57,576 nucleotides of DNA, filler included, from Sphacelaria rigidula (GCA_964200075.2; 6 parts of 6 records of this genome joined end to end with filler, not necessarily neighbours in it); one strand, 5' to 3'. Counted from the whole stretch's first letter, positions 35,260 through 48,842 are shown. Notes: a model not told the origin generated them from the letters alone. A program made the numbers and translations.

Positions 35260-38200
35260 GAAGATTTTTCGAGCTGTTCCCAAGCCTTGGGAGTGACGGA
35301 GCAATGTGTACGCTCCGAGCCCAAAGTCAACACACACAGTGCCGTCAAGCACATTATGTGAGCTTGACTGTACACCATACCACAAGCACGGTCTGTGAGC
35401 TTGACCGATTTGTGGTCTGTCTTCTGTCACGAGACGTGGTGCGACTCGCCACCTTTCGCCCCACGTCTCTCACCTCTTCACCATGTTCTTCTGGGGTCTT
35501 CGTTGTCAGCACTCCTGAGCATTATCCTTTCCTCCACGCGACCGTCACAACTCAATTGATACAGTAGTATACATCTGAAGTGGGAGATTTTCGTAGTTTA
35601 ATTGTCGTCGGGGATATTCGAAAGTGTTTTCGCGTGCCACCACTCATCTTACTGGACATTCGGGGATCGGGAGATACCAGACATCCCCTCCACATTCCGA
35701 AACAAGATCACATCTGCGCTTATTATTGAACGACTTACGGGCGGACCGGTTCTCCGGGGTCCTACCCTTGAGCATTTTTGCTCGATCGGAGCACTCCCAA
35801 TCATCTGGTGATCAAATAAAAATGAGCGTTTCCTTTCGATTTAATCCACCCACGTATTGCGCCGGAGCCAAACAACTTTGTTTTCTGTACCAGTGGTGGT
35901 CGATAACACCCCCGTGATGAACAAAGTACTTTCTCCGTATCACCCCGACAACACAAACTGAGGATTTTTTTCTGAGCACACTTCCTGCTTCTCTTCCCGA
36001 ATATTCATCGGCGCTGGGATTTTTGAGCGCAAAGACTGATTCTGCACGAGAAATTCAGAAATGTATGGAGCATTCCGATGTCCGCAGGGAGGTGAGGGTT
36101 CGTAATCCTCTGGCGGTATCTCACTGTTGTGCGAAACCTCGAAGTGCCATCAACGGTTATTCTCAGCCGAACCCGTCTCTCTGTCTTGTCATCACACGGA
36201 AGCAAGTCGTTGAGCATGTCTTTAATCTCGTATGCTGGACAACAGGGGGACCTCCCCTCGTCACCTCTGGTGTTCCCGCATCCCAACGCCTTCACGTCCA
36301 CCATGGTGACGATGCAGCCGACGCTAAACGAACTCTGCTGCATTCAAGTGAGGTGGGCGAAGATCTGCCACAATGGAGGGATGCCTGCACAATGTCGTGC
36401 AAGTAGTTTATCTACTGTTGCCGTCGTTTCAGTCGACCAAGCCGTTTCTTTCGGGCTCATTACTCCGCCATTGCCCATTGCAGAAATGCTGTCGGAACCG
36501 AGGTCGGTTACACTCAAGACACGCTGATGTCGAAAGGCTGCGCCGCCTCTTCAAAAGCGCTCAATTTCGTACCTCTGGCGATGGCGATGTCCACTCGGTG
36601 ATCAACCGGTGCCGAGCCGTCGCAGGTTTTTTCGTGCACAAGCTGTCGACAACTCTGTGCGTCGTTTCCGCTCTCGCCATCAGATGTTTTTTCTCGAGCG
36701 TGAGACCCCTGGTTGTACAGCTTCGGCAGCACTCTCTCCCCATGTGGGGCAAAACCACCTTGCGTCGGCGGTTCATTGTCTGCAGCTGTCTGAACAGTCG
36801 GTCACCTCTTCCCGCCAGGCTGTCGACCGTGCTAGGCGCCATGAGGCTATCAGCCTCACCTTGAAGGTGGCGCCATGGCCAATTCGTTTACACAATTCTT
36901 CTTTGCACCACCCCCGCATGCACCGCGGTACCAGTGCCTGTTGTATACGTCCTCAGAAACACTAATAAAGTCGGTGAAGGCATGCGGGTGATATCTCTTA
37001 AACAGGAGGGTGTGCGATGCTTTAGTTAGATTTTTTGCATCGATGCAGTCACGGAGATGCCCATGAAAACAAGAATTATGAAAAATCGGATTTTCTGTCA
37101 TGGAAAAATTGTGGATCGACAATTGTGGCCGATTTTGACCAATCTGTACCGTTTCCGGCCGAATTTTGATGAATGTTGCCTATTTTCATTTTCAACGTAG
37201 CTGGCAAGATGATGACATGCTTTCAGGCGAGGCAAAGCTATCGTCTACCAATGATGAAGCAAAGATCAAGAGCCGTTATTCGCATTTTTGCGTTTTTCGT
37301 CATCTTCCGGGTTTTTTCCACTTTCCCCCGGAAATGGGGAAGAAACGACCAATTCGGGACCGACTGCTTCATTTTCGGCCGCTGGTCCATGCAGCACGCC
37401 GCGTACAAAAAAAGAAGACAGGACTCATCTGAAAAAATGTCGAGGGCTTGATTGATATCATCGTTGACGGCATCGGACAAGAAACCTAACCGACTTTGCT
37501 CATGTGTCGGAGGAAGTGCTACGCTACTGTACAGTATGGAAACACTCGAACTGTCATCTACACCGGTATGGAGATCTGCAGAAATTACTGTGTTTGCACC
37601 TCATGCCGGCTCATTTTTGTACTGTTAGTCAAGCATGAAATGTCTGTGCTGCGTTCTGTTCGAACCTCTGCTAGAGTACACGGTCGCACGTATCACACTG
37701 AGCTCTCCGTCGAAGTATTGTAGCGGAAACAAGCCCCAATTGATGCAGCACCTGTCACGGCTTGGTTGTCTTCTGTTTATATCAGACAAGTTGTGACAAG
37801 GAAGACAACAAAATCTGGACTCCGTCGCGCTCGTCCCTCGTGTCTGTGTCCGTTATGAGCAAGGAATATGGCGTGCCTCGTGTTCGTGTCCGTCCCGATG
37901 GTAACGACAGAAACCTTTCACATTGGCAACGTGGCACTTTATTTAGGTATCCCTTCGGAAGTGGTGGGTGATATTTTGTTACCTCCGGCGTGCAGCTCGC
38001 ACAAGCAAATCACTTCTTCGGAAAAAAACACTTCCCCTCTCCGTCTGATTTGTCCGAGTCTGTCAGAAGCCCTCGACGACTTTGTCGTGAGCGTTTGTGT
38101 TTCGACCGAGCCTGCCTCTTCCTCTTTTCTCCTCTAGTTGCCGCGTTACCGGACTCGTCGGTAACTGTCACGTCGATAATGTTATTGTTGACACTGCTAC

Positions 38201-38352
38201 TGTCACGTCGATAATGTTATTGTTGACACTGCTGCTCAGTGTTGATGTGTCTGACGTTTCCCTTTGAATGGCTGAATCCCCCCCCCCCCCCCCCCCCCCC
38301 CCCCCCAGGTGCTGCCCCCACTCCACACCCCCCACCCGCACCCGCGCCGCGC

Positions 38353-38452
38353 NNNNNNNNNNNNNNNNNNNNNNNNNNNNNNNNNNNNNNNNNNNNTTAA
38401 TTAATTAANNNNNNNNNNNNNNNNNNNNNNNNNNNNNNNNNNNNNNNNNNNN
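38353..38452. other. Artificial contig linker
   Basis: Same N44-TTAATTAATTAA-N44 structure. Confidence 0.97.

Positions 38453-38513
<61 letters not shown>
38453..38513. repeat. (AC)n microsatellite at contig start
   Basis: About 30 AC units. Confidence 0.95.
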
Positions 38514-38514
<1 letters not shown>

Positions 38515-38564
38515 CCTACGCTGTAACGTTGTCATTTTGTATACTACTGTATGCGCTGTATGTA

Positions 38565-38821
38565 AATGAATACATGATCGCAGGGCAGTATGGAGTATGG
38601 AGAATCCTCAAGTGCGAGGGTGAGGCATAACTTTACAGTCACCCTGTCTCGCTCGGACAAGCCCTACAGCGAGGTCACCCCTCCCAATCCTACTGTTGTA
38701 TTTAGATGAATACATGAGCGCAGCGCACTACAGGTATGCAGCATGCAAAATGCTCAAGTACGAGGGTGAGGCATAACTTCACAGTCACCCTGTCTCGCTC
38801 GGACCAGCCCTACAACGAGGT
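38565..38821. repeat. Tandem duplication, two copies with ~140-146-bp period
   Basis: ATGAATACATGA...CGAGGGTGAGGCATAACTT.ACAGTCACCCTGTCTCGCTCGGAC.AGCCCTACA.CGAGGT occurs twice. Confidence 0.85.
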
Positions 38822-40251
38822 TGGATCGTTGTTCGCGAAGCGGGAAAATACATAACATACACAAAATCCAAAATCACCAACCATTTATTTCTGAGAACTG
38901 TGTGTGTGTATGTGTGTGTTGTGTGTGTGCCATTTATTTCTGAGAACTGTCCGCACTCAAAAGGGCGGACAATTTGCAGTGTTTGAAGGAACATGAGTCA
39001 AAGTTTCAAGTTTACAAAATAATGTTGCGAGTACTGGTACCCTGGCTCGAATCAGCAACAGGTTCTTCACGAGGAGTGTACAGTCGACGGATGCGATACC
39101 TGTACTGTGTCCACTGCGGATTGGTGAGGCGAGGATACGTAGCACGCTTGATCGCACATGTATTGACACGAGAGGACCTGGGATCATCAAAATTATACGT
39201 ATGTATCATAGGAGGCAGCACGGTTTGACTCGCAACACAACAGTCAGTAATGCTGTATCGACACGAAATACAAGAGGACGGACGACCTGATCGCAGACAT
39301 GCACAGCACCATACTCGACTGTCTGCACTGTACCGTCTTTGACCGCATTGCTACCAACGATAGCCATACTTTACTGCGGTGCACCCTCCTATACCGTTAG
39401 ACTCGGCAAGAGAGTCTTCCGCCACTGCAGTGCATGGACGCTGGGCAGACGGTGAACGAAATGTACCCTTTGTCTTTTTGCACGCGCATTACAGTCAGTG
39501 TGAGTATATCTACCAGTACTTGACTTGTACTACTAACTACTGCTATTGTGCGAGGTTCGCCTGGAACTTGCCTCATGTTGTCAACTGTGTGCAACATTTT
39601 ACTGTGTAAGAAGCTGTCGTGACAAAAGGAAGAGGTGCATAGGACTGTCGTACGAAGCCGCTACGCTTAGCTACAAAAATATGTAGTTGCACACCAAGGC
39701 GAAACTGCGAACGGTGCGGTATCCACCGTTGTCACTGAGTCGGTCGTTCCGTGTGTATCGTCTCTCGTGTTTTTCGAGCAACCGCGGGTATTTCAGCGAC
39801 AACCAGAAGTGCCACCTAATTCATAGTTTCGCAAGATGGTCACAACACAGCAGTTCACCTGTTGGGGGCGATGCGCTTTAGCAGTCTGCTGATGGTAACG
39901 CCCGGATCCTATTCGAGAGCACCTCCCTTTGACCAGTGATTATTGTGGCACCTATGGACCGGCACACCGATTCCTCGTTTTACTCTACTGTTGTATATAG
40001 AGTTAAAGAAGTACAAATTTTGTAACGGTCATAAGTACGAGCACATACGCGAAAAAGTGTGACGGGACAACAATTAGGCATTTTAATTAATTATGCTGTC
40101 AAACATGCGGAGGCGAAATGAAAGTGCAACCAGGAGTGCCCCCCCTAAAAAATGCGAGGCCCTACAAGGGCAGGTGAAAAAAATATCCCTGGACCCACAC
40201 TCACTTTTTCCATTCGGGGCCGATTGGGGGGAGGGGGGGGGGAAGTAGCAC

Positions 40252-40570
40252 TGTTGGGACCGTGTCCGGGCTGGCAGGTTTGGGTTCTATACTAAATCCT
40301 TTATACTCAACGCATCCAAGTTCAACCACAAGTTACTTGGTTTTAGACTGGGTTGAACGGGGGATCAGAGTCACCTCACTTGCAGAGCACACCCAAGCAC
40401 AAGCAGCAAGAAACACAACAGTCGCGGTCTCGGTAATTCTTGGTTTGGTGTTGGGCTTGAAGTACGCTGTGTGAGCGAACATAAACCGCTTGATCCATTG
40501 CTTGATGCAAATTGATCATGAATCCTAGCAAACCCAAGTGAGTCAGATGACTAGAGTTCACACCCTAACA
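40252..40570. mobile_element. Candidate solo LTR
   Basis: TGTTGGG...CCCTAACA short inverted termini, 319 bp; no matching TSD seen. Confidence 0.35.
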
Positions 40571-41418
40571 TCAGAACGAGCAGAGCCAAGGATTCTTCGC
40601 AAAAACGCGGCGAGACTGACTAGTTGGGGCAAAAGATCGAGGCGGTGGGGGGGGGCAGTTGCGACGAACCACAAACCCTTCACCCGTCTGTGACCGCAGC
40701 AACCACTGCAACGGCCGCACTAGTGTGACTGAGGGGGTGTAGCCGGAGGATCTGCGTTGTTATTTATTTGGCGTAATCATTTTTACTTGCTTGCTTGAAT
40801 CATCTTGAATCATCAAAGAATTATCATCATTGATAAATTAATTAATCGAAAACAACACTCAACACTGCTCAAACCACTGCACACCATCCAAGGCTATTCA
40901 TGAAAGACACGAACGAACCACGCACGGCTCGTGCGCGTTGTTTCGACAGCGTCTTACTGAGCAAGTGACGCCCCAAAGGCTGATAAACAGTTGTCTTGTT
41001 TGAGAAAAAAACAAACAAATTAGGAGCTGCTGGGGGGGGGTCACTAAATCCCATACATGGATTCAAAAAATAATAATAAAAAGTATGTAAGGAATAAAAA
41101 TTCGTGTATCATGAAGCTTTAATTCTTCGCATACCTTCGGAGCCAAGGCCAAGTGATATTCATGAGTTTCGGCACTACATTGCACATCACACTTCCACGA
41201 CAAGAACAAGACCAGACCAATACCACAATGATGTGCGATGCTTGCTCAATCAAGCTAAACGCATCTATCTGTTAACTCATTTGTTGCTTGCCTTAGTCGT
41301 TTGATCATTGACTACGCATCCCTTTCGAGACGGGGCATTTGGGGGTACTCATGATCTTGCATGCCGTGGGGACGCTGGTTGCGGGGGCTAAGAAAAGTTG
41401 AACGTAGAATACAAACCT

Positions 41419-41654
41419 AGAGGCCATGAAGTCGGGCGCATCAGGATCCACAACCCTGTCCAACCCTTTCAAGTGGTCGGGCCTCGACATGAACTCTGCG
41501 TCGCTCAGGACTCGTGTTGTTCCACCTCGCTCGGCCACCGTCACGGTCACTGATTCCTTTCTCGACACGGCGCTCACGCCCTTGCCCATCTCTGTCGGGA
41601 TGGATGACGCCGGCAGGCTCTTGCCATGGAGACGCACGTAATAAGAATCCAGCA
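41419..41654 (-). pseudogene. Exon-like coding fragment of an unidentified, probably decayed gene
   Basis: cgCAG acceptor and TAG|GTTTGT donor enclose LLDSYYVRLHGKSLP...DPDAPDFMAS; neighbouring exon-like blocks (41775-41883, ~42569-42669) do not join in frame. Confidence 0.35.
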
Positions 41655-44208
41655 GCTGCGACGCTGTGTCCACGACTGACAAGACGCAGTGATCAGAGCA
41701 CACGGCAGCACGAGGTGGGGGAGGGTGGGTTGGTGGGTAACACGCCGCGGAATCTCCAACATTCGAATACTGACGGGTACGATACGAACGATCGTACTGC
41801 CCTCAGACGTTAGCAAGCTTTGACGAGATCATAAATCCTGCTCGAGTGGGGCACGAGGAAGACTCCTTGCGGTATGTCCTTAGCTGAAAATAGTAATATT
41901 CGGAAACCGTTCATCAGAAGTCATCATAATTATAATTATTTTTCATCATCATCATCATTATTTCGGCACATTGACCCGACCTATCGAAGCCATGGTTCAC
42001 TTACCTCTCACCGTATCATCAGTACTGTTTTCTAATATCCCTTACATGAGATAGAATCGCTAAGTTACACAGTGTTGATGCACTGGTAGACTTGATTCCT
42101 AGTTAGTACTTGTACATGAAGTACTACATACACGCAAGCACCCAGGTGTGGTCACAAGATGGACGTCACATCACTCGCGAAAACAAACAAAACGCAGGAA
42201 AGTCTTCCTCAGGTGGCCCCCACCCAAAACCAGCCCAAAACTGTCACGAGGAAAGTGGCTATTAATCGCACGTAGACGGTTCTTCACGTGCTATTAAACT
42301 GTAGCCAGGGGGGTATTTGACGCCGGAGGCGAACAATAGACGAAAGGTTCAAGATTCGAAACGTACGTCATACATCACTTTTGTCCAGCCTCCGCTGGCC
42401 AGAGCTAGTGCAGCCGCAGGCTTGCATGTGTACCGCAGTAAGGTTCGTAGCACGGTGTGTTCTTGCCTTCTGGGATGATTGGTGCTAATGTGCAGTGGTA
42501 CTGCACTACTGTGGAGTACGAACACGGATTTTGACAGATTGAGGAAATATATTTCATTGACGACGAACCTTGGGAACTGTCGTGAGCATCGTTGACATTT
42601 TCGAAAAGAACGCAGAAAGCGCTCCCCGACCGTGACGGTGCGGCCCCGCTCATCCTCAGATGAATCCATCTGCAATGCGCATACCGAAAAATTCCCACCT
42701 CCGTTCATTCCCGTACAAAAACTATTCTCATTTGTCAGAATCCTCTGTCAACCCAGGATTTTACAAGTTGCGGGTGGATTGTTTCAAGAACGAGCGAGGC
42801 CACACATCACGATCGGATGGTGCATCTCCATTTTGTTGCCGAGAATATTTCAATGCTAACTAAGGTTCCAAACGTTGCACACGTGGGACACCTCATGAGC
42901 TACCTCAATATTACTTCTCATTAGTGTAATGCTCCCGATCAGGGAGCTAGCTCATGTGATCGTTTTTTTTTCTTCTCATAAATGCTCCCTGCAGCGCTGG
43001 ACACCGGGCATGCGGAGTAGCGTAAAGGTAGCGCTTTGACTTCTCTGACCCTGCTGTCACGCAGTTCGTCTTTTTGGATGAGGGATCTGAAGGTCTCCTT
43101 CGATTAGTGATTTTGGGTAGCTCATGAGCTGTCCGACCTGTGAAAAGTTCATCCTCGATAAAAAAAATATATCCTCAGCGTGTAAAATCCCGAGCTAGTG
43201 TGGCAACAAGCAATAGGTCACTGTGGTTGACTGTGTGGCATGGCCTGTGCATGCCCGATTGGACGGACGGACTGAGATCCACTTTTATGGCAAATTATCT
43301 CGATTTGTACAAATATGAGGATTTCAGCCCCCGTCTACACGCGATTTTCTCCCGTGGATTAATTTTTCGTACCCCAGTCCGTTGGGCAATGTTTTTCGGC
43401 TAGCTGTGAGCAAACCAGATCAATCCTCCGATTTTCTGGGCGTTGACTTTCGATACATCACTTTTCTGCTGAAATCGGGACACTCCCGCATTTCCCCCGA
43501 TTTTTTTCGAAAAAGTCGGGGGAGATGAGGAGTGTCCCGATTTGGGCAGGAAGGTAGTGAACCAAAAGTCAACGTCCGGATAATCGGAGAATCGATCTGG
43601 TTTGCTCACAGCTAGCCGAAAAACATTGCCCAACGGACTGGGCTTCGAAAAATCAATCCACGGGAGAAAATTGCCTGTAGACAGGGCTGAAATCCTCATA
43701 TTTGTAAAATCGAGATTCGTTGCCATAAAAGTGGGTCTGACATGCGATTGCCATAATTTCGTCAAAGCCCAGAGATCAGTTGCACAAGTGACACGGAGTG
43801 ACGGAGAGACTGAGAGACATGGCAGCCGCAGAGCTGATAGGGAGCTATCCCAACTGCTTTCCTGGGAAACGGCACGGCTGCATGATAGCATCGGCATGTG
43901 AATACTATGTGACATATACACCGTTTGCATTGTCTTCCGCCACAGCAACACCGATCATGAAAAACCAGCACAAAAAACAAGATAAATAAACCGAAACGGC
44001 CGCCGCCGAAATAACGAGCGGATGCTCCTCCAGCCTACTACACTATATGCCTCGTTCGATACACGGTACTGTTGATTTCTGGGTCCGACCGTACTTACTT
44101 TGATTTCGATTGCCTTCATCTTTTGCCGCGAGGGTAGTTCATCTGGTCATGCAGAAAATTATCATATGAATTTGATGCTGATTCAACAGTTCGAGGGTTG
44201 GACCTCAT

Positions 44209-44421
44209 TAGAGGTATCTCAAACTCGGCCGCCGGTTTCCTGGTTTGTTTCGTTCTATTTTTCCAAGTGAAAGTGATGGCGATTCCTCGGATGATCTGGC
44301 CCTTTGACCGCCAGGTCAGGTCTTCCTATGCATCGCCATCACTTTCCCTCAAATAAATAGTACAAAACCCAAAGCCAGCGAATACACCAGGAAACCAAGA
44401 ACCAAGTTTGAGATACCTCTA
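44209..44421. mobile_element. ~210-bp MITE
   Basis: TIR TAGAGGTATCTCAAACT / AGTTTGAGATACCTCTA (the outer TA may be a TSD); inner arms also pair. Confidence 0.8.
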
Positions 44422-44818
44422 TTTGGGGTAGTTATGATGGAGTTAGTGTTCGAAATCATAGATTTCCGAAAAAAAATTCACCCCTACCAATTGAAAAATT
44501 AACCTGAAAAAAAACAATTCGGGTGGAAGGGAACTGGGGAAAAAACACAGGAACAACAACAGCACACAACCAAAGCAAAAGCAAAATCACCCTAGGGGAG
44601 AAAGTAATAGTGTGTACAAGTTTATAAATGAGTTCCTACGAACCCGGAGAATCGAAAAACGCAGCCACCACCCACAAGAAACAAGAAAACCACAAAAGAG
44701 AGGGAGAGAGACCAGCCGTGTGGTGAATAGTTTACACGTTTCAACTTTCCACACGTCGGACAGATCACGAGCTACCCAATATAACAAATCAAATAGGACT
44801 CTTAGATGCGTTGTCCAA

Positions 44819-45302
44819 GGCCGGATGTTATGGCCCACAGATTTTTGGCCCACGGATTGCTCACCTTCATGGCGTTTCAAGCCACTTTTTGACCCCCAAA
44901 TAGGGAAAATCGCCCACACACGTATTGGACACTTTTCATCACCCCACAGAGAGGAGCCTACCCCACTTTTCAGATTCGCTTGGCTTCAAGGTTTTGAGAG
45001 CGACCGCTGAACAAAAATCCGTGTGCAACAAAATCTACGGCGATCTCCACAGATTATCGGGCAAATTGGCGGCGATCGGCAGGTACAGATTTTCGCACAC
45101 GAACTTGTGTTCAGCGGCCGATCTCGAAACCTCGGAGCCAAGCGAATCTGAAAAGCAGACTAGCCTCCTCTCTGTGGGGTGATGCAAAGTAATTGAGACG
45201 TGTGTTGGCGGTTTTCCCTGTTTGGGGGTCAAAAGGTGGGTCAAACTTCCCAAGAGTGAACAATCCGTGGACCAAAAGATCTGTTTGCCATAACATCCGG
45301 CC
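44819..45302. mobile_element. ~485-bp fold-back MITE (PIF/Harbinger-Tourist-like)
   Basis: GGCCGGATGTTATGG / CCATAACATCCGGCC termini; arms pair almost to the centre (~45060); flanks CAA/TAA are near a 3-bp TSD. Confidence 0.8.
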
Positions 45303-46028
45303 TAAGAACACAAGATACGTGACAGCGACGTCTGAGAAGCTAAAGCGCTACCTTCGCGCTACTCTGCGTGTTCGGCATCCAGCGCTGTAGGGGGGGCAAA
45401 TATGAAAAAAGGGGTCCGAATGAGCTAGTTCATAAGCTGTCCGACGTATGTAACTCTTCACACGTCGGATAGGTCATTATCCGTCTGAAAATTACTTCTC
45501 CTCAATTTACCGATCCGGATCATTCGGCTCCCCTTTTTCATGTCTTCTCCTTACAACGTCGGACGATGAGCACACCGAGTGGCGCAAACGTTAGTTGCTC
45601 TTCGGCTCTTCTGACTCCGCGTTCATATCTTTTGTGTTTTTGGACCCACGAATTCGAGAGTCTTCTCCGATGAGTCGTTTCAGACAGATCATGATCTTGT
45701 TCGACGTGGGTAATTTTTGGAATATGACTCACCTTTTTGCGGAGCGTGATCCTCCTTCGCCTTGGTATCAGGGGTGAAATCTCGAACAGCTCCTCTAGAC
45801 TTGGCGTACCAGCGAGAAATCTGCCAAGCAGAAGCGGTTTCGGGGGCATCATGACGGCCGGCATGGATAAGAGCCAAGTGGGTACCGTAGGTTGCATAAC
45901 ATATCACACCTCCATAAGATACCATCCCCCTTCGAAAAATTACAAAATACTACACCTGTGTGCTATTTTTTCAATCCCCGAGAAACATAGACACAAAGAT
46001 ACGCAGGTGACAGAAGATATCACACTCT

Positions 46029-46250
46029 GCACAGATTCGACTTAATGGTGGACGAGGGAAAGGGACTGCTGAACCCCTCTCGCGATGAAAAATAAAGGCA
46101 GGCACCGCATAAGCAAGGTGGACAACTAAAACAAACAACAAAGAAAAAACTCCTGTGTTGGTCTTCCTCCTGTGTGACCCCAGCTGGTGCGCCCACAAAC
46201 ACCGAAAGGTGTAAACCGGCGTCCAGAATAGAGGGGAAGACAACACACAC
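46029..46250 (+). mobile_element. SINE family A, 5'-truncated copy
   Basis: Reverse complement of 55365-55590. Confidence 0.75.
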
Positions 46251-47684
46251 ATATCCATATCACACCAGTTTGATATTTTTTCACGCCCGAAATGTGATCA
46301 TCACACGGGTGTGATATCTTATGGAACCTGCGGTGTGTAGAGAGGGTTAAGCTCGGGGGACCCTTCACGTGTTCGTCTACCCGTATCTCTCTGACCCTGT
46401 CGAAGCGAGGGGTTGTTATTGTCTAAGCTGCACAACTCCGTAGCCGTGCCGATCGAGCCCCTTACCTATGGGGGACGAAAGAAAATGGGTGCATTGTGCT
46501 TTTTCTTTCTCATTTAATACTTTGTTGCACACGGCCTTATCAACTTCTATTTCGTTACTTTATTAGAGAGTTTCGGAAGATGTTATTTTTTTTCTTTTCA
46601 AAATCATGGAGTCAGAGTGCAGAGTGGAAGCTTCTAAAATTCACAGTGGACGCCAAAACGTTCATAGCGGAAGCTGATGTGACGTGGCTTGACGCGATTC
46701 TTTTTTGTCACAGTGATTGGCCGCAGGTTGCCCCGCCAAATATACGATCGACCAGCGTCCACTCCGAAAGTGCATAGACCGGCACAACACTGACTGTATC
46801 GTACACTGCGGCACCGTACCCCCCTATACATCACGTTTTCTCACTGCACCTGCAGTACTTCAATCCACTACGGCATACTACAGGACACTGTAGTCCTGTA
46901 GTACTGTGGAGCGTGGAGAACAGTGCAGTACAGAAAGTGCAATGGTACAGAACCCTACAGCTATGCATTGCGATGCTGTGAACTTTTGTACTGCACAGCG
47001 ATACCGTACAGAGAGTCAGTCGTGCAAACAGTAGTACAGACAGTACGGCACGCAGCACTTTCAAACAGCAGACGTCGACCGCATTGCGATGATTTTTCCA
47101 CATGCCACCCATAACGGTGGTGCAAGACGTTTTCATCTCTCACGGAATGGGAATACAGCCCTGGTGCAGTACTGCTTGTGCGCTGTAGACTACGAATCGT
47201 ACCCACCGTCTTCTTCCAGCTGAAGCTGGCAACAAGGAGGAATTCCACCCAACGCAACGTGTACCCGTCGAGCATTGGAATATTCACGCAACACAACCAA
47301 GCGAATGCTGATACCATGGCGGCGTCAGGGACGTCTTCTGATTGCGATGCCAAGTTTTTCTACTCCGTGAATGGCCCATGGTGATGAGTATGGCAGTTGT
47401 GATGGATGATGAATGTCCCACTTTGCTTGTTAGGGTGTATTGACTGTGGACTGGACGTGACCATGGTGGTGAAGGTGGGCGTGATTTTTTTTCATCCCGC
47501 TATGAACTCTGAAGAGGAACAACGGTTTTCAGAGTGAAGTGGTGCAAACGGGACTCTCACTTTGAAAAAATCGCTCTAAAAAAACTTTATAGCGGAAAGT
47601 GAACCGGTACCGGCTATTTCCCTTCCATTCTGACTAAGATAACAAAAAACGTTTTGCTAAACTCTCTGGTATCATTTAGTAACG

Positions 47685-47685
<1 letters not shown>

Positions 47686-47722
<37 letters not shown>
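47686..47722. repeat. (GTA)n microsatellite
   Basis: Direct read. Confidence 0.95.
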
Positions 47723-47723
<1 letters not shown>

Positions 47724-47965
47724 ACGACACCGTTGGTATCTACTGCGGCAGATTATTATGCTATTGCAAGTCATGCCGTCTATGACCACGGAAGGCGTCC
47801 TCATCAGATGCCCAGTACCGAAGTAAAAAGTTCTACGCAGGTAACGTAGCGGTTCTCGATGCGAATACAACGGCAACAGAGCGATCAAAGCTATCGCCTG
47901 TGCAAAAAAAAAAAAAGCGGGGCAGTACTCGCTCTCAAAACAGAACATATTGAACTCTCAACCCC

Positions 47966-48065
47966 NNNNNNNNNNNNNNNNNNNNNNNNNNNNNNNNNNN
48001 NNNNNNNNNTTAATTAATTAANNNNNNNNNNNNNNNNNNNNNNNNNNNNNNNNNNNNNNNNNNNN
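47966..48065. other. Artificial contig linker
   Basis: Same N44-TTAATTAATTAA-N44 structure. Confidence 0.97.
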
Positions 48066-48121
<56 letters not shown>

Positions 48122-48300
48122 AATACTAATACTAATACTAATACTAATACTAATAATAATAATACTGATACTACTACTACTACTACTACTACTACTAATA
48201 ATAATACTAATACTAATAATACTAATAATACTAATAATACTAATAATACTAATAATACTAATAATACTAATAATACTAATAATAATAATAATAACAATAA
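48066..48300. repeat. Compound (TAA)n/(TAC)n/(TAATAC)n microsatellite
   Basis: Direct read; explains the poly-L and poly-I spurious ORFs. Confidence 0.95.
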
Positions 48301-48307
48301 TGATAAA

Positions 48308-48817
48308 CAACGTTTTCGTGAGATTTAGAGTAGAGTGCTAATTGCGAGTGGCTGTGATCATTCGATTCAACTCAGCCATTTTTGATTATGTGTGTTGCTT
48401 TTCGTTGCCTTCGTTAGTTGCATGTGCTTACAGCTACACGTCGATATCCTACAGATATCATGGGCCGCAGTGGCCAGCTACCACAGAAAGGATATTGGGC
48501 CTCGTGGAGGGGCATTTCGGAACTAAAACGATTCATTTGACACTTTCTACGATAGGCCCCCCCAACACCAGCCAAACGTGTCACGGAACGTACAGCGCCT
48601 GATGTTCGGGTTCAGGTTGCATGAAGCGCCTCATTTTGGCAACATTGGCTAGAACGAANNNNNNNNNNCTTTTCCCAGTTCGATTCACGTGAAGATAATG
48701 CCTCCCAAAATCATGCACTTTTGGGGGGGGGGGGGCTATCGTAAAAAGTGTCACTCACTAATTGACCACTTTTCACTCTCAATCGTATCCTAAACTCTCA
48801 ATCTCACGAGAAGATCG
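48308..48817. mobile_element. MITE of the 23302 family carrying a nested insertion
   Basis: Colinear with 23302-23597 except for the insertion at 48538-48753. Confidence 0.8.
48538..48753. mobile_element. Nested TIR element (TGACACTTTCTACGATAG family)
   Basis: TIR TGACACTTTCTACGATAGGCCCCCCC / GGGGGGCTATCGTAAAAAGTGTCA; contains a 10-N gap, so the true length is unknown. Confidence 0.75.
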
Positions 48818-48842
48818 TTAATAATAATAATCAATTTGGTAT

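Noticed and set aside
9558..48021. TTAATTAATTAA recurring with a 9613-bp period
   Set aside because: Artificial six-frame-stop linker between equal-length contigs.
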